The notes under the pieces are model-generated. The model searched no databases. It was not told the DNA's origin and saw only the letters and a program-made list of their open reading frames with translations. Of a stretch of 64,000 bases of DNA, positions 38,158 through 48,522 are shown piece after piece. Made by a program: the position numbers and the translations under genes. The first letter of the stretch is position 1. Each line of letters opens with the position of its first letter. Source of the stretch: an uncultured Alphaproteobacteria bacterium (GTDB taxonomy: Bacteria; Pseudomonadota; Alphaproteobacteria; HIMB59; GCA-002718135); the NCBI GenBank assembly GCA_902569865.1, contig CACFVT010000001.1, forward strand, positions 22,350 to 86,349, read 5' to 3'.

Positions 38158-38570
38158 ATTTTTTCTATCCTTTTTTTATGTCTTCCAGCTTCAAATTCAG
38201 TTTCTAAAAATATTTGAACACAATTTTTTGCCTCTTCATCTGCCATAAATCTTCCAGGCAACACCAATACATTAGCATTGTTATGCTGTCTAATTAATCT
38301 TGTTATTTCAGGACTATTAACTAATCCTGCTCTAATTCCTTTTTTTCTATTTGCCGCCATGCTCATTCCTACTCCAGTTCCACAAATCAAAATACCTAAA
38401 CTATCCTCATTTTGTGACACATTATTTGTTAAATTGTGTGCAAAATCTGCATAGTCAACACTTGCATTTGAATTAGTTCCCAAATCTATAAATGTTTTAA
38501 AGTAAGCACATAATTTAGACTTCATTTCATAACCAGCATGATCAGACGCTATGTAAATTTTCTTTTCCAT
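38154..38570 (-). CDS. rpiB: Ribose-5-phosphate isomerase B
   Basis: 138 aa. [11 protein letters not shown] and [16 protein letters not shown] motifs. Confidence 0.85.
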   Translation of the reverse strand: MEKKIYIASDHAGYEMKSKLCAYFKTFIDLGTNSNASVDYADFAHNLTNNVSQNEDSLGILICGTGVGMSMAANRKKGIRAGLVNSPEITRLIRQHNNANVLVLPGRFMADEEAKNCVQIFLETEFEAGRHKKRIEKI

Positions 38571-38623
38571 ATTTATTTATTATTATTCACATATAACAAA
38601 ATAATGATATTGCATACCTTTCT

Positions 38624-39799
38624 ATGATACAAAATACCTGGTTTGATCCTTTTTTCATATTTGAAAATTTGTCAGAAGAAGACAAACTTATCCAAAAGAA
38701 TGTAAAAGATTTTTCAACATCAATTCTTAAACCTAATGTAGTTGAGCATAATAGAAATCATTATTTTGATCGATCTCTTTATAAAGAATTTGGCAAACTT
38801 GGATTGCTCGGCCCAACAATTAAAAGTCATGGTGGTGCAGGGGCATCAGATACAGCATATGGTTTGATCGCATATGAAATTGAAAAAATTGATAGTAGTT
38901 ATAGGTCATCAATTTCAGTACAATCTTCGTTAGTTATACATCCGATAAATTCATTCGGAAATGAAGAACAAAAAGATAAATACCTTCCTAGCTTAATTTC
39001 AGGATACAAAATTGGTTGTTTTGGTCTAACTGAAAGTGAAGCTGGTTCAGATCCTTCTTCAATGAAAACTACATATAAAGAATATCAAGATGGCTATATT
39101 TTAAATGGAAATAAAAACTGGATAACTAATGCACCAATAGCAGATATATTTATAGTATGGGCACTTAATGAAAATCATGAAACAAATTCAATAAAAGGAT
39201 TTATAATAGAAAAGGAAACAAAAGGTTTATCAACAAAAATTATTGAAAATAAAACAAGTCTAAAAATTAGTCCAACGGGTCAAATTTTAATTGATGAAGT
39301 TTTTGTTCATAAATCAAATTGCCTTGAGAAAACAAATGGATGGAGCTCAGTGTTTAGCTGCTTAAATAAAGCTCGTTTTGGTATTAGCTGGGGAGTATTA
39401 GGTTCTGCTACTGCATGTTGGTTAATTGCAAAAGATTATACTGAAAATAGAATCATGTTTAAAAAACCTTTAGCGGCAAATCAATTAATTCAAAAAAAAC
39501 TTGCTGACATACAAACTGAAATAAATCTTGGATTAGCCTCATGTATATTAACTACCAAAGCAATGAAACAAGATAGAAATACTATAAATGCTATATCTCT
39601 TTTAAAAAGAAATAATTGTAAAAAATCATTGAATATAGTCAGAAATTGCCGAGATATGCTAGGTGCAAACGGTTTAGTTGAAGAATATCATATCATGCGT
39701 CACCTTGTTAATTTAGAAACGGTAAACACATATGAAGGAGCGGAGGATATTCACGCCCTAATTTTGGGTAGAAATCAAACCAATATTTCTAGTTTTTAA
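38624..39799 (+). CDS. gcdH: Glutaryl-CoA dehydrogenase
   Basis: 391 aa. IDSSYRSSISVQSSLVIHPI, GCFGLTESEAGSDPSSM and NWITNAPIADIFIVWA blocks fit GcdH rather than a generic ACAD. Confidence 0.8.
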   Translation: MIQNTWFDPFFIFENLSEEDKLIQKNVKDFSTSILKPNVVEHNRNHYFDRSLYKEFGKLGLLGPTIKSHGGAGASDTAYGLIAYEIEKIDSSYRSSISVQSSLVIHPINSFGNEEQKDKYLPSLISGYKIGCFGLTESEAGSDPSSMKTTYKEYQDGYILNGNKNWITNAPIADIFIVWALNENHETNSIKGFIIEKETKGLSTKIIENKTSLKISPTGQILIDEVFVHKSNCLEKTNGWSSVFSCLNKARFGISWGVLGSATACWLIAKDYTENRIMFKKPLAANQLIQKKLADIQTEINLGLASCILTTKAMKQDRNTINAISLLKRNNCKKSLNIVRNCRDMLGANGLVEEYHIMRHLVNLETVNTYEGAEDIHALILGRNQTNISSF

Positions 39800-39877
39800 A
39801 TAAATTCTGATATTTTCATTTAAATTATTCATTTTTACAGATAGTCTATTTATTATTTTTTTTTGGGGAGGAGAATT

Positions 39878-40990
39878 ATGAAAAAAAATGTAAAACGTCG
39901 TGAATTTATTAAAAAAGCTGGTTTAGCAGGTGCTGCAGCAACTGCTCTATCAACATTTCCAGCTCCAGCTATCGCTTCAGGTCATCAAGAATGGATAATT
40001 TGTAGTGCTTTTGGTAAAGCAGGTCTTTTAGGTCAAGCTATTCAAGCTTTTGCTGATAATGTAAGTAGCTATTCTGATAAATTAAATATGAAAGTTTATC
40101 ATGCTGGTGAATTAGTCCCAGGTCTTGAATCTTTAGATGCAGTAAGATCAGGTGCAGCTCAAGCTTCATATGGTGCTCCATACTACTGGACGAATTTATC
40201 TGATGCTATTGAGTTTGTTGCCACATGTCCTTTTGGTATGAATGCAATGGAACAAAATGCTTGGTGTTACTATGGTGGAGGAATTGAAGAAGCTGATAAA
40301 ATATATAATGCTTTAGGTTTAAAATTTTTACCAATGGGTAATACAGGCAACCAAATGGGTGGATGGTTTAATAAAGAAATTAATACGCCTGCAGATTACA
40401 AAGGTTTAAAAATGAGAATGCCTGGACTTGGTGGAAGAACTATTGAAAAACTTGGTGCTACACCAGTGCTTCTAGCAGGACCTGATGTATTACCTTCTTT
40501 AGCATCTGGTGCTGTTGATGCAGCTGAATGGATTTGTCCAGCTGCTGATTTAGGTGCCGGTCTTTATCAAGCTGCTAAATTTTATTACGGACCTGGTTGG
40601 CATGAACCGTCAACGTTATTAGATCTTTCTATTGATCTTAACGCTTGGGAATCTTTAGATGGTGCGACACAAGGATTAGTTACTAATATGACTCAATCAT
40701 TTAACATGACTGTTTTTAGCAGATTCCAAGCAATTAATGGTCCTGCTTTACAAAAACTAGTAGGAGAGCATGGAGTTACAATAAAAACTTTCCCTGACGA
40801 AGTTTTAATTGCACTTGGTAATGCTGCTGGAGAAGTTGTTTCCGAAAGAGGTTCAATTAATTCTGAAACAAAAGCTATTGCTAATCACCTTTTATCTTTT
40901 AGAAAAGTTATAAAAGAATGGTTTACTAGAGGTGAGCAAGATTTCTCTAGAATTAGAGATTTACCATTTAAATATCCTGACTCTGTTTAA
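39878..40990 (+). CDS. TRAP transporter substrate-binding protein with twin-arginine signal peptide
   Basis: MKKNVKRREFIKKAGLAGAAATALSTFPAPAIASG is a Tat motif (RREFIK). The mature part resembles the DctP-related mannitol/chloroaromatic-type TRAP SBP family. ATG 39878 has GGAGGAG upstream; the TTG 39863 of the ORF track is rejected. Confidence 0.8.
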   Translation: MKKNVKRREFIKKAGLAGAAATALSTFPAPAIASGHQEWIICSAFGKAGLLGQAIQAFADNVSSYSDKLNMKVYHAGELVPGLESLDAVRSGAAQASYGAPYYWTNLSDAIEFVATCPFGMNAMEQNAWCYYGGGIEEADKIYNALGLKFLPMGNTGNQMGGWFNKEINTPADYKGLKMRMPGLGGRTIEKLGATPVLLAGPDVLPSLASGAVDAAEWICPAADLGAGLYQAAKFYYGPGWHEPSTLLDLSIDLNAWESLDGATQGLVTNMTQSFNMTVFSRFQAINGPALQKLVGEHGVTIKTFPDEVLIALGNAAGEVVSERGSINSETKAIANHLLSFRKVIKEWFTRGEQDFSRIRDLPFKYPDSV

Positions 40991-40999
40991 TCATTTTAT

Positions 41000-41025
41000 A
41001 AAGAGGTCTTTTTAAAGACCTCTTT
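41000..41025. terminator. Hairpin terminator between the convergent TRAP SBP and dctM genes
   Basis: AAAGAGGTCT-ttttaa-AGACCTCTTT, a perfect 10-bp stem followed by a T-rich tract on the plus strand. It sits in the 38-nt gap between the two stop codons. Confidence 0.65.
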
Positions 41026-41028
41026 ATT

Positions 41029-42402
41029 TTAATTTATTAATCTTGGAAGCCATGTTGCAATTGATGGAAAAATAAATACTAAAAAAATTGCAATTACTTG
41101 AATAAATATAAAAGGAATTACTCCTCTATAGATATTAACAGTTCTAACTTCTTTTGGGGCAACTCCTCTTAAAAAAAATAACGAAAATCCAAAAGGTGGA
41201 GTTAAAAAACTTGTTTGTAAATTTAATGAAATTAATATTCCTAACCAAAGTGGATCAGCTCCATTTGCAATCAAACCTGGGCCAACTAAAGGAATAATAA
41301 CAAATATAATCTCAATATAATCTAAAAAAAATCCTAGTAAAAAAATTGTAATCATTACAACTAATAATGCACCATATTCACCACCGGGTATATTTGTAAG
41401 AAAATTGCTAATCATATCATCACCTTCAAATCCACGAAAAACCAAAGAAAACATTGACGCTCCAATTAAAATTACAAAAACAAAAGAGCTCATTTTAACT
41501 GTTGTAATTGCTGCTGCTGAGACATTTTTATAATTTAATTCTTTCCTTAATAAAGCTAGTAAAGCTGCTCCAGCTGCTCCAACAGATGCAGATTCTGTAG
41601 GTGTGGCAATACCCATAAATATTGAACCTAAAACAGATAAAATTAAAAATATGGGAGGTATCACTTCAAAAACAGCAGTTCTAATTTTTTCTGATTTAGT
41701 TTTTGTAGATTGTAATATCGGTAAATCAGAAGGTTTGAATTTTGCTACAATTAAAATATATATAATAAACATACCTACTAAAATTAAACCAGGTATTAAC
41801 GCTCCAGCAAATAAATCTATTGCTGTTACTGGTAAAGGAGCAAGATCACCCGTCATAAGACCAGCTTCTTCGTTGGCTCCTTGCAGCATTTCTGCGAGTA
41901 ATATCAAAACTATTGACGGTGGAATAATTTGTCCTAAAGTTCCTGCAGCACATATTGTTCCTGTTGCTATTTTCTCGTCATAACCCGCCTTTAACATTGA
42001 AGGTAATGCCAACATACCCATTGTTACTACTGTTGCACCAACTATGCCTGTAGACGCTGCAAGTAACATACCTACTAAAACAACTCCAATTCCCAATCCG
42101 CCTCTTATTGATCCAAATAAATCACCAATTGACTCTAATAGTTTGGATGCAATCTTTGTTTTTTCAAGCATTACTCCCATAAAAATAAATAAAGGTACTG
42201 CAACCAAAGCTTCATTAATCATAATCCCATAAATTCTCTGTGGGAAAAAAAACAACATTCTAAAATTAAAAATATCTAAGAAATCTCCTATGAAAGCAAA
42301 AATTAATGCAGAACCTGCTAATGTAAAAGCAACAGGAAAGCCAAATAGCAAAAAAGCTAAGGTGGTGACAAACATTATTATTGCTAAAATTTCAGGAGTC
42401 AT
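41029..42402 (-). CDS. dctM: TRAP transporter large permease
   Basis: 457-aa polytopic membrane protein with a DctM-family pattern. ATGA-type overlap with dctQ. Confidence 0.9.
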   Translation of the reverse strand: MTPEILAIIMFVTTLAFLLFGFPVAFTLAGSALIFAFIGDFLDIFNFRMLFFFPQRIYGIMINEALVAVPLFIFMGVMLEKTKIASKLLESIGDLFGSIRGGLGIGVVLVGMLLAASTGIVGATVVTMGMLALPSMLKAGYDEKIATGTICAAGTLGQIIPPSIVLILLAEMLQGANEEAGLMTGDLAPLPVTAIDLFAGALIPGLILVGMFIIYILIVAKFKPSDLPILQSTKTKSEKIRTAVFEVIPPIFLILSVLGSIFMGIATPTESASVGAAGAALLALLRKELNYKNVSAAAITTVKMSSFVFVILIGASMFSLVFRGFEGDDMISNFLTNIPGGEYGALLVVMITIFLLGFFLDYIEIIFVIIPLVGPGLIANGADPLWLGILISLNLQTSFLTPPFGFSLFFLRGVAPKEVRTVNIYRGVIPFIFIQVIAIFLVFIFPSIATWLPRLIN

Positions 42403-42911
42403 TTTTGAATAATATTAATAAAATTATTAATAATTTTTGCAATTGCTTGAATTGAAAGTAGTGCAACAAATAAAAGTATAGCTAATTTTAATAAATACAA
42501 CATACTTAAACCTCCAGCTTCTCTAGAGATTTCATTCATTTGCCAAGACTTATAAACGAAAGGATAACTATAATTCCAAATTATATACAAAAAAGGGAAT
42601 AATAAAAAAATAATACCAATTGAGTCTACTAGCGCTTTATAAAGTTTGGAAGAATTTCTATAAATTATATCAATCCTAACATGATCATCATTTAAATAAG
42701 TATATCCAGCACCTAACATGAAAATATAAGCATGCATCCAAACATATGTTTCTTGCATCCATATAAAACTTATTCCAAATAAATATCTTAAGACAACAAC
42801 TAAAAAGACATTTAAAGACATTAAAACTACAATTATAGCACAAATAAAACCTGCTATTTTATTTATATAACTAATTGTAGAAGATAAATTTTTAAGTATA
42901 TTTATAAACAT
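42399..42911 (-). CDS. dctQ: TRAP transporter small permease
   Basis: 170 aa, four TM segments, immediately upstream of and overlapping dctM. Confidence 0.75.
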   Translation of the reverse strand: MFINILKNLSSTISYINKIAGFICAIIVVLMSLNVFLVVVLRYLFGISFIWMQETYVWMHAYIFMLGAGYTYLNDDHVRIDIIYRNSSKLYKALVDSIGIIFLLFPFLYIIWNYSYPFVYKSWQMNEISREAGGLSMLYLLKLAILLFVALLSIQAIAKIINNFINIIQK

Positions 42912-42990
42912 TATATATAATCTGAACTCTATATATATGAATAATTAAATCAATATAATCGATTTATTATTATAATAAACACAAAAATAG

Positions 42991-45183
42991 TTAAGTTGAA
43001 AATTTCAAATTTTTATTAAAACCTTTTGGAACTTTTTTACCTACTTGAGCTCTTTTGCCAACCCAAAAATCAACATCTTTCAAATTTTTATTTTTTAAAG
43101 CTTTTCTCCAGGATAAACCTTCTTTTATATCAATTAAAGAACTATCAATAATAAAGTCTTTGTCTTTGATTTTCATCAACTGAACACCTGAGCCCTTGTT
43201 TAAAATTGGAAGAGATGATGTTTCAAAAATAAGTAATTTTTCATTTTTGGACACTAAAGCTAAGTGATTATTTTCTAAATAATGAACGTTTAGCAGTTGG
43301 TCATTATGCTTTAGATTCATGATATTTTTACCTTTTCTTTGATTCGTAATCATTTTTTCAGTAATTGAAATAAAACCCTTTCCAAACTTAGAGATAAGAA
43401 TCAATTTTTTTTGTGTATTGGCATTAAAAACAGAAATTAGTTTTTCATCAACACTTACATTTATTAATTCGATGTAGGATTTTGGAGCAGCTTTACCACC
43501 TGGTAGTAAATTTGGGTCTAAAGTTATAGCTTTGCCAGAGGATAAAAAGATTAAAAGTTTATGATTAGATGCAATAGGTATAGAAGTCCTAATGTTATTA
43601 TCTTTATCTTTATTATCTTCAGAAAAATCTTTTACTTTTTTAAGAAGATTATCTTTAGTAACTAAAACATTAAATTTTTCAATTTCTGTGAATTCATCAA
43701 TTTCAATATCTAATTGATAATTATCTGCTGTATTAACTTTACTTCTTCGTTTTTTGATTTTTTCACTTAATGTTTCATTTATTTCTTTTATTTCTTTTAT
43801 TAAAAATTTACTCAAATAATCATCATTATTAATAAGTTTTTTAAGATCAGTATTAATTTCTTTTAATTTCTTTATTTCTTTGTTGATATTTAATTCATCT
43901 AATTTTTTTAATGAACCAAGACGCATATTTAAAATTGCTTCAGCCTGTACTTCAGTTAATTTAAAAGCTTTAATTATTTCTTTTTTTGGATCATCTTTAA
44001 TTCTAATAATCTTTATTATTTTATCTAAATTTACGAATACAATTAAATAACCTTTGAGTACTTCTAATCTTTGGTTATTTTTATTTATATTAAATTTCGA
44101 TTTACGTTTTACAGTAATTTTTCTAAAATCAATAAATTGAGAAAGTATTGATTTTAAACCTAATTGTTTTGGAATACGACCTTTTTCTAAAACATTAAAG
44201 TTGCATGAATATTTAATAGATAAATCAGTTAATTTAAAACATAAATCTACTAATTTTTTTTTATCTATATTTCTGTTTTTTGGCTTAAGAACAATTCTTA
44301 TCTTTTCATCTGATTCATCTCTAACGTCGTCTAATGGTATTTTTTTTTGATTAATCAAATTGGCAAGCTGTTCAATTATTTTAACTTTATTAACTTGAAA
44401 TGGTATTTCAGTAATAACTATCTCATACAAACCATTTTTTATTTTTTCATCATGCCACTTTGAATTAATAAGAAAAGAGCCAAAACCTTTCTTATAAATA
44501 TTTTTCTTTTCACTGGAACTTAATATAATTTCTCCTCCTGTTGGCAAATCAGGTCCTTTAATTATTTTAAGAAGTTCAGATTCAGAGGAGTTTGGTTTAA
44601 GTATTAGTTTAGTTAAACAATCATTTATTTCTATTAAATTGTGGGGTGGTATATTAGTTGCCATTCCAACTGCAATACCTGTCGAACCATTTAATAAGAT
44701 ATTAGGTAATTTGGATGGTAAGACATCTGGCTCAAGGTTTTGACCGTCATAATTATCACAAAAAGTGGTAGAGTCTTCCTCTATACCATCAAAAAATAAT
44801 TCAGTTATTTCCTCTAGCCTTGCTTCGGTATATCTCATAGCAGCTGCATTATCACCATCAATATTTCCAAAATTACCCTGTCCCTCAATCAGAGTAAGTC
44901 TTGAAGAAAAATCCTGAGCCATTCTTACTAAGCTCTGATAGATCGCTTGATCACCATGAGGATGAAATTTACCCATAACATCACCAACAATTCGTGCTGA
45001 TTTTTTAAAAGGTGAATTATTGAATAATTTAAGTAAATACATAGAATAAATTATTCTTCTATGAACTGGTTTTAAGCCATCTCTTAAATCAGGTAGGGAC
45101 CTTGATATTATAGTAGATACTGCATATGAGAGATATCTACTCTTTAGAATTTCATTAATATCATTCTTAATTATTCTTTTCAT
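42991..45183 (-). CDS. parC: DNA topoisomerase IV subunit A
   Basis: 730 aa. LPDLRDGLKPVHRRIIYSM and the catalytic AAMRYTE Tyr motif. The length fits ParC rather than GyrA. Confidence 0.85.
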   Translation of the reverse strand: MKRIIKNDINEILKSRYLSYAVSTIISRSLPDLRDGLKPVHRRIIYSMYLLKLFNNSPFKKSARIVGDVMGKFHPHGDQAIYQSLVRMAQDFSSRLTLIEGQGNFGNIDGDNAAAMRYTEARLEEITELFFDGIEEDSTTFCDNYDGQNLEPDVLPSKLPNILLNGSTGIAVGMATNIPPHNLIEINDCLTKLILKPNSSESELLKIIKGPDLPTGGEIILSSSEKKNIYKKGFGSFLINSKWHDEKIKNGLYEIVITEIPFQVNKVKIIEQLANLINQKKIPLDDVRDESDEKIRIVLKPKNRNIDKKKLVDLCFKLTDLSIKYSCNFNVLEKGRIPKQLGLKSILSQFIDFRKITVKRKSKFNINKNNQRLEVLKGYLIVFVNLDKIIKIIRIKDDPKKEIIKAFKLTEVQAEAILNMRLGSLKKLDELNINKEIKKLKEINTDLKKLINNDDYLSKFLIKEIKEINETLSEKIKKRRSKVNTADNYQLDIEIDEFTEIEKFNVLVTKDNLLKKVKDFSEDNKDKDNNIRTSIPIASNHKLLIFLSSGKAITLDPNLLPGGKAAPKSYIELINVSVDEKLISVFNANTQKKLILISKFGKGFISITEKMITNQRKGKNIMNLKHNDQLLNVHYLENNHLALVSKNEKLLIFETSSLPILNKGSGVQLMKIKDKDFIIDSSLIDIKEGLSWRKALKNKNLKDVDFWVGKRAQVGKKVPKGFNKNLKFST

Positions 45184-45883
45184 TTTTTGACAAAAATCCT
45201 AAGATTAGTTTTTTAAACTTTAGATAATTAGTAGGTATATTAAGATTCATATTATTTAAATGATGATTTTGTAAAATTATCTCAAATATTTGAAAAAAGG
45301 AATTAACATTTTCAAAATTTATTTTTACTGTTTTGTCTAGTAAATTATGAGGAAAAACAATTGATTTATTAGAGTTTTTATTAACAAATTGCAATGTATC
45401 TAAATTTAGATAATTGAAAGATAATTTATTAGTAAAATCAATTTCATATCCTATTAATTTTAGTAAATTTAGTAAATATAAAAAATAATCAACTAACCAA
45501 TTCTCTTTTGAAGATATTAAATTAATAATTTTATAAGTACTTTCAAACAAACCTTTGATTTTTTGACCTTCAATAATTGATAAATTTAATAGAGATACAA
45601 TTGATAATAAGGAATGCAATTTATACTTATCTATAAAGATATCATAAATATAAGGTTTCGATAATTCTCCAGATATATTTTTAGGGAAATTAGAATTTTT
45701 AATCTTAATATTTAAATTCAAAAAATATCCTAATTGATAAATATTTTTTTTCTTCTTTGTTGATCCACCAAAACTAATACCAGTTAATATTTCATCATTT
45801 TCAGTTAGAAATTTTAAAAATAAATTATTTTCTGATGATAGTTTATTATATAATAAAATGCCCCTAGTTTTATTTTCTGTCAT
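45167..45883 (-). CDS. recO: DNA repair protein RecO
   Basis: 238 aa. Conserved rnc-era-recO position. The N-terminal OB-like region is divergent, so the call rests largely on synteny. Confidence 0.6.
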   Translation of the reverse strand: MTENKTRGILLYNKLSSENNLFLKFLTENDEILTGISFGGSTKKKKNIYQLGYFLNLNIKIKNSNFPKNISGELSKPYIYDIFIDKYKLHSLLSIVSLLNLSIIEGQKIKGLFESTYKIINLISSKENWLVDYFLYLLNLLKLIGYEIDFTNKLSFNYLNLDTLQFVNKNSNKSIVFPHNLLDKTVKINFENVNSFFQIFEIILQNHHLNNMNLNIPTNYLKFKKLILGFLSKNEKNN

Positions 45884-46722
45884 TGAGTAATTAATTCAAG
45901 ATATAAATGTATTTTTTTTCCAAAAACTGTTTTTATTTTTTTTTGACAATTCTCTCTTATTTTTTTTATCATGCTACCATTTTTTCCTAGAATAATTTTT
46001 TTATATCTTTTTTCATTAATATATATTTTTTGTTTGATTTTAATTTCTGAGCTTTTCAATATTTTATAATGAGAAGTTATAATTCTAATATTGTATGGTA
46101 TTTCTTTATGAAGATATGTTAATATTGTTTCTCTTAATAATTCAGATAGAATAAACTTATCATCTTTATTAGTTATTTCATCTTTCGAATATATCCATTT
46201 AGAAAAATATGAATATTTTATTAATTCAGTCAAAAGTTCTTGAATACCAATATTATTTTTTGCTGATATTGTAAAAAAAGACTCTATTTTACATCTATTA
46301 TTTATTTCAGAAATAATGGGTAAAAGTTTTTTTTTCGAAATCAAATCAATTTTATTGAAAATAATGAATATTTTTTTATTAACTTCTTTTATTTTATCTA
46401 TTTGATCATAAAGAAAGCGCATATTTAGTGCATGAGAATCAATAATATATAAAATTAAATCTGACTCATCTATGCCATTCCACAAATTTTGTTTAAGTTT
46501 TTTTAATTTGTTATTAGAATTTTTTAAGAAATTAGAACCAGGAGTATCATAAAAAAGTATTTGTGTATTTTTAATATTTTTAATTCCAATAATCATTTCT
46601 TGAGTAGTATTTATTTTTTTATTTTGAATTGATATTTTTTCACCTATAATTTTATTTATTAAAGTAGATTTTCCAGCATTTGTCCTGCCAACTATACTAA
46701 TTTTAAGTATCTTACTTTTCAT
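45880..46722 (-). CDS. era: GTPase Era
   Basis: 280 aa. G1 GRTNAGKST, G3 DTPG, G4 NKID, and a C-terminal KH domain. Confidence 0.85.
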   Translation of the reverse strand: MKSKILKISIVGRTNAGKSTLINKIIGEKISIQNKKINTTQEMIIGIKNIKNTQILFYDTPGSNFLKNSNNKLKKLKQNLWNGIDESDLILYIIDSHALNMRFLYDQIDKIKEVNKKIFIIFNKIDLISKKKLLPIISEINNRCKIESFFTISAKNNIGIQELLTELIKYSYFSKWIYSKDEITNKDDKFILSELLRETILTYLHKEIPYNIRIITSHYKILKSSEIKIKQKIYINEKRYKKIILGKNGSMIKKIRENCQKKIKTVFGKKIHLYLELITQ

Positions 46723-47407
46723 TAATTAGTTTTAAAGCAATAGATGCGGCATTTTTTTCAGCGTCTCTTATTGATGATCCATTGCATTTAATTTTTTTCA
46801 AATTTAATACTTTTAATGAAATTGTGAAAGTAGGTGAGTGAGAAGGTCCCTCTTTTTTGACTAATTTATATTCAGGTAGTTTTTTTAATTTTTGCTGAGA
46901 AAGTTCTTGTAACATAGTTTTTGGGTCCTGTATATTTTTATTTTCAATATCTAAATATGGTTCCCATGTAGACTTTATAAACTTTTTAGCACTCATAAAA
47001 CCTCCATCTAAATATAAAGCGCCAATAAGTGACTCTATTGAATCAGATAAGATTGAAATATTCATTTTATTATTTTTTTTAGATGAAAATTTAAGAAATC
47101 TATCAATTTCAAGATTAGTTGAGATTTTATACAAAAAGTTTTTTTGAACTAAATATGAAAGTTTTTTTGATAAATCACCTTCATTATTTTTATTAAATTT
47201 TTTATAAATTATAGAAGATATTGCCAATCCTAATACTCTATCACCTAAAAATTCTAATCTTTCAAAATCACTAACTTCTTTAAGAATTTTTTTTTTATTT
47301 TCAGTAATGAAGCTTGGGTGTATTAATGCATTTTCTAAAAGTTTCTTATCTTTAAATTTATAGGAAATAATTTCCTCTAATTGTTTAATTTTTTTTTGAC
47401 TTATCAT
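46712..47407 (-). CDS. rnc: Ribonuclease III
   Basis: 231 aa. ERLEFLGDRVL signature and a C-terminal dsRBD. Confidence 0.9.
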   Translation of the reverse strand: MISQKKIKQLEEIISYKFKDKKLLENALIHPSFITENKKKILKEVSDFERLEFLGDRVLGLAISSIIYKKFNKNNEGDLSKKLSYLVQKNFLYKISTNLEIDRFLKFSSKKNNKMNISILSDSIESLIGALYLDGGFMSAKKFIKSTWEPYLDIENKNIQDPKTMLQELSQQKLKKLPEYKLVKKEGPSHSPTFTISLKVLNLKKIKCNGSSIRDAEKNAASIALKLINEK

Positions 47408-48138
47408 TTAATAGGCTTGAATAATCTTTCTACTCTAATTGATTTTGGCCATTTCCATATTTGCAAGAACCGTGAATTTTCTAAAGAGAAAAAAACAAAA
47501 CGAGCTTTTCCTACTAAATTTTCAAAAGGAACGTAACCTATAATATTGTCAAACCTACTATCTTGTGAATTATCTCTGTTGTCTCCCATAACAAAAAAAT
47601 GACCTTTCGGGACTTCATATAATTTAGTATTATCTACAATTCCATTATCCATTATATCTAATACTTCAATTTGAAAATCGTCAAAATATTCTATGTATCT
47701 TCTATTACGTTTTAAAGATACATTATTGTCATTATCAATAAAATCATTAACTCTTTTTCTAATTATTTTTTCATCATTAATTATAATTTGACCATTAACT
47801 ATTCTAATTTTATCTCCTGGAATGCCAATAACTCTTTTTATATAATCAGTTCTATTATCTTCAGGAGTTTTAAAAACTACAACATCTCCTCTTTCTGGAT
47901 TTTTATGAAAAATTTTTTTTGGAATAATTGGAATTGAAAAAGGTAAAGAGTGTTTTGAATAACCGTAAGACCACTTAGAAACAAAAATAAAATCCCCTAC
48001 GAGCAAATTAGGTTTCATTGATCCAGAAGGAATATTGAAAGGTTCAGCTACAAATGACCTTATTAACAATGCAATAAATATTGCCAAAGAAACAGATTTT
48101 AAATTACTTAAAAAGCTATCTTTTTTTGTTTTTTTCAT
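47404..48138 (-). CDS. lepB: Signal peptidase I
   Basis: 244 aa. IPSGSMKPNL (catalytic Ser), YIKRVIG (Lys) and GDNRDNSQDSR boxes. Confidence 0.9.
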   Translation of the reverse strand: MKKTKKDSFLSNLKSVSLAIFIALLIRSFVAEPFNIPSGSMKPNLLVGDFIFVSKWSYGYSKHSLPFSIPIIPKKIFHKNPERGDVVVFKTPEDNRTDYIKRVIGIPGDKIRIVNGQIIINDEKIIRKRVNDFIDNDNNVSLKRNRRYIEYFDDFQIEVLDIMDNGIVDNTKLYEVPKGHFFVMGDNRDNSQDSRFDNIIGYVPFENLVGKARFVFFSLENSRFLQIWKWPKSIRVERLFKPIK

Positions 48139-48517
48139 AAATTATTACATTTGCGATTGCATAATTAGCTTCATCAGTTAAAGATAATTCAATAGTACAA
48201 TTTAATTCTTTGTTAATCTTTCTGAGAAATTTAAGAGCTTTATTATGTAGTTTTATTTTTGGCTTACCATACCTATCATTAAATACTTCAATATCTTTCC
48301 AAAAAACTCCTCTTGCTAGACCTGTACCTAATGCTTTGGCGCAAGCTTCTTTTGCAGCATATCTTTTGGCATAAGACTCTGCAGATTTAATTATATTTTC
48401 AGATCTTATTATTTCGGTTTTAGTAAAACATCTTTTTTTAAATTTATCACCAAATTTATCTATAGTTTTTTTTATTCTCCGAATATCAATTATATCTATG
48501 CCATTTGTAAGAATCAC
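48116..48517 (-). CDS. acpS: Holo-[acyl-carrier-protein] synthase
   Basis: 133 aa. GIDIIDIRRI N-terminus and AAKEACAKALG motif. Confidence 0.85.
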   Translation of the reverse strand: MILTNGIDIIDIRRIKKTIDKFGDKFKKRCFTKTEIIRSENIIKSAESYAKRYAAKEACAKALGTGLARGVFWKDIEVFNDRYGKPKIKLHNKALKFLRKINKELNCTIELSLTDEANYAIANVIIYEKNKKR

Positions 48518-48522
48518 TTAAT

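Noticed and set aside
41603-42232. Plus-strand ORFs (126 and 62 aa) inside dctM
   Set aside because: Antisense shadow ORFs of a well-supported membrane permease gene, with low-complexity products.
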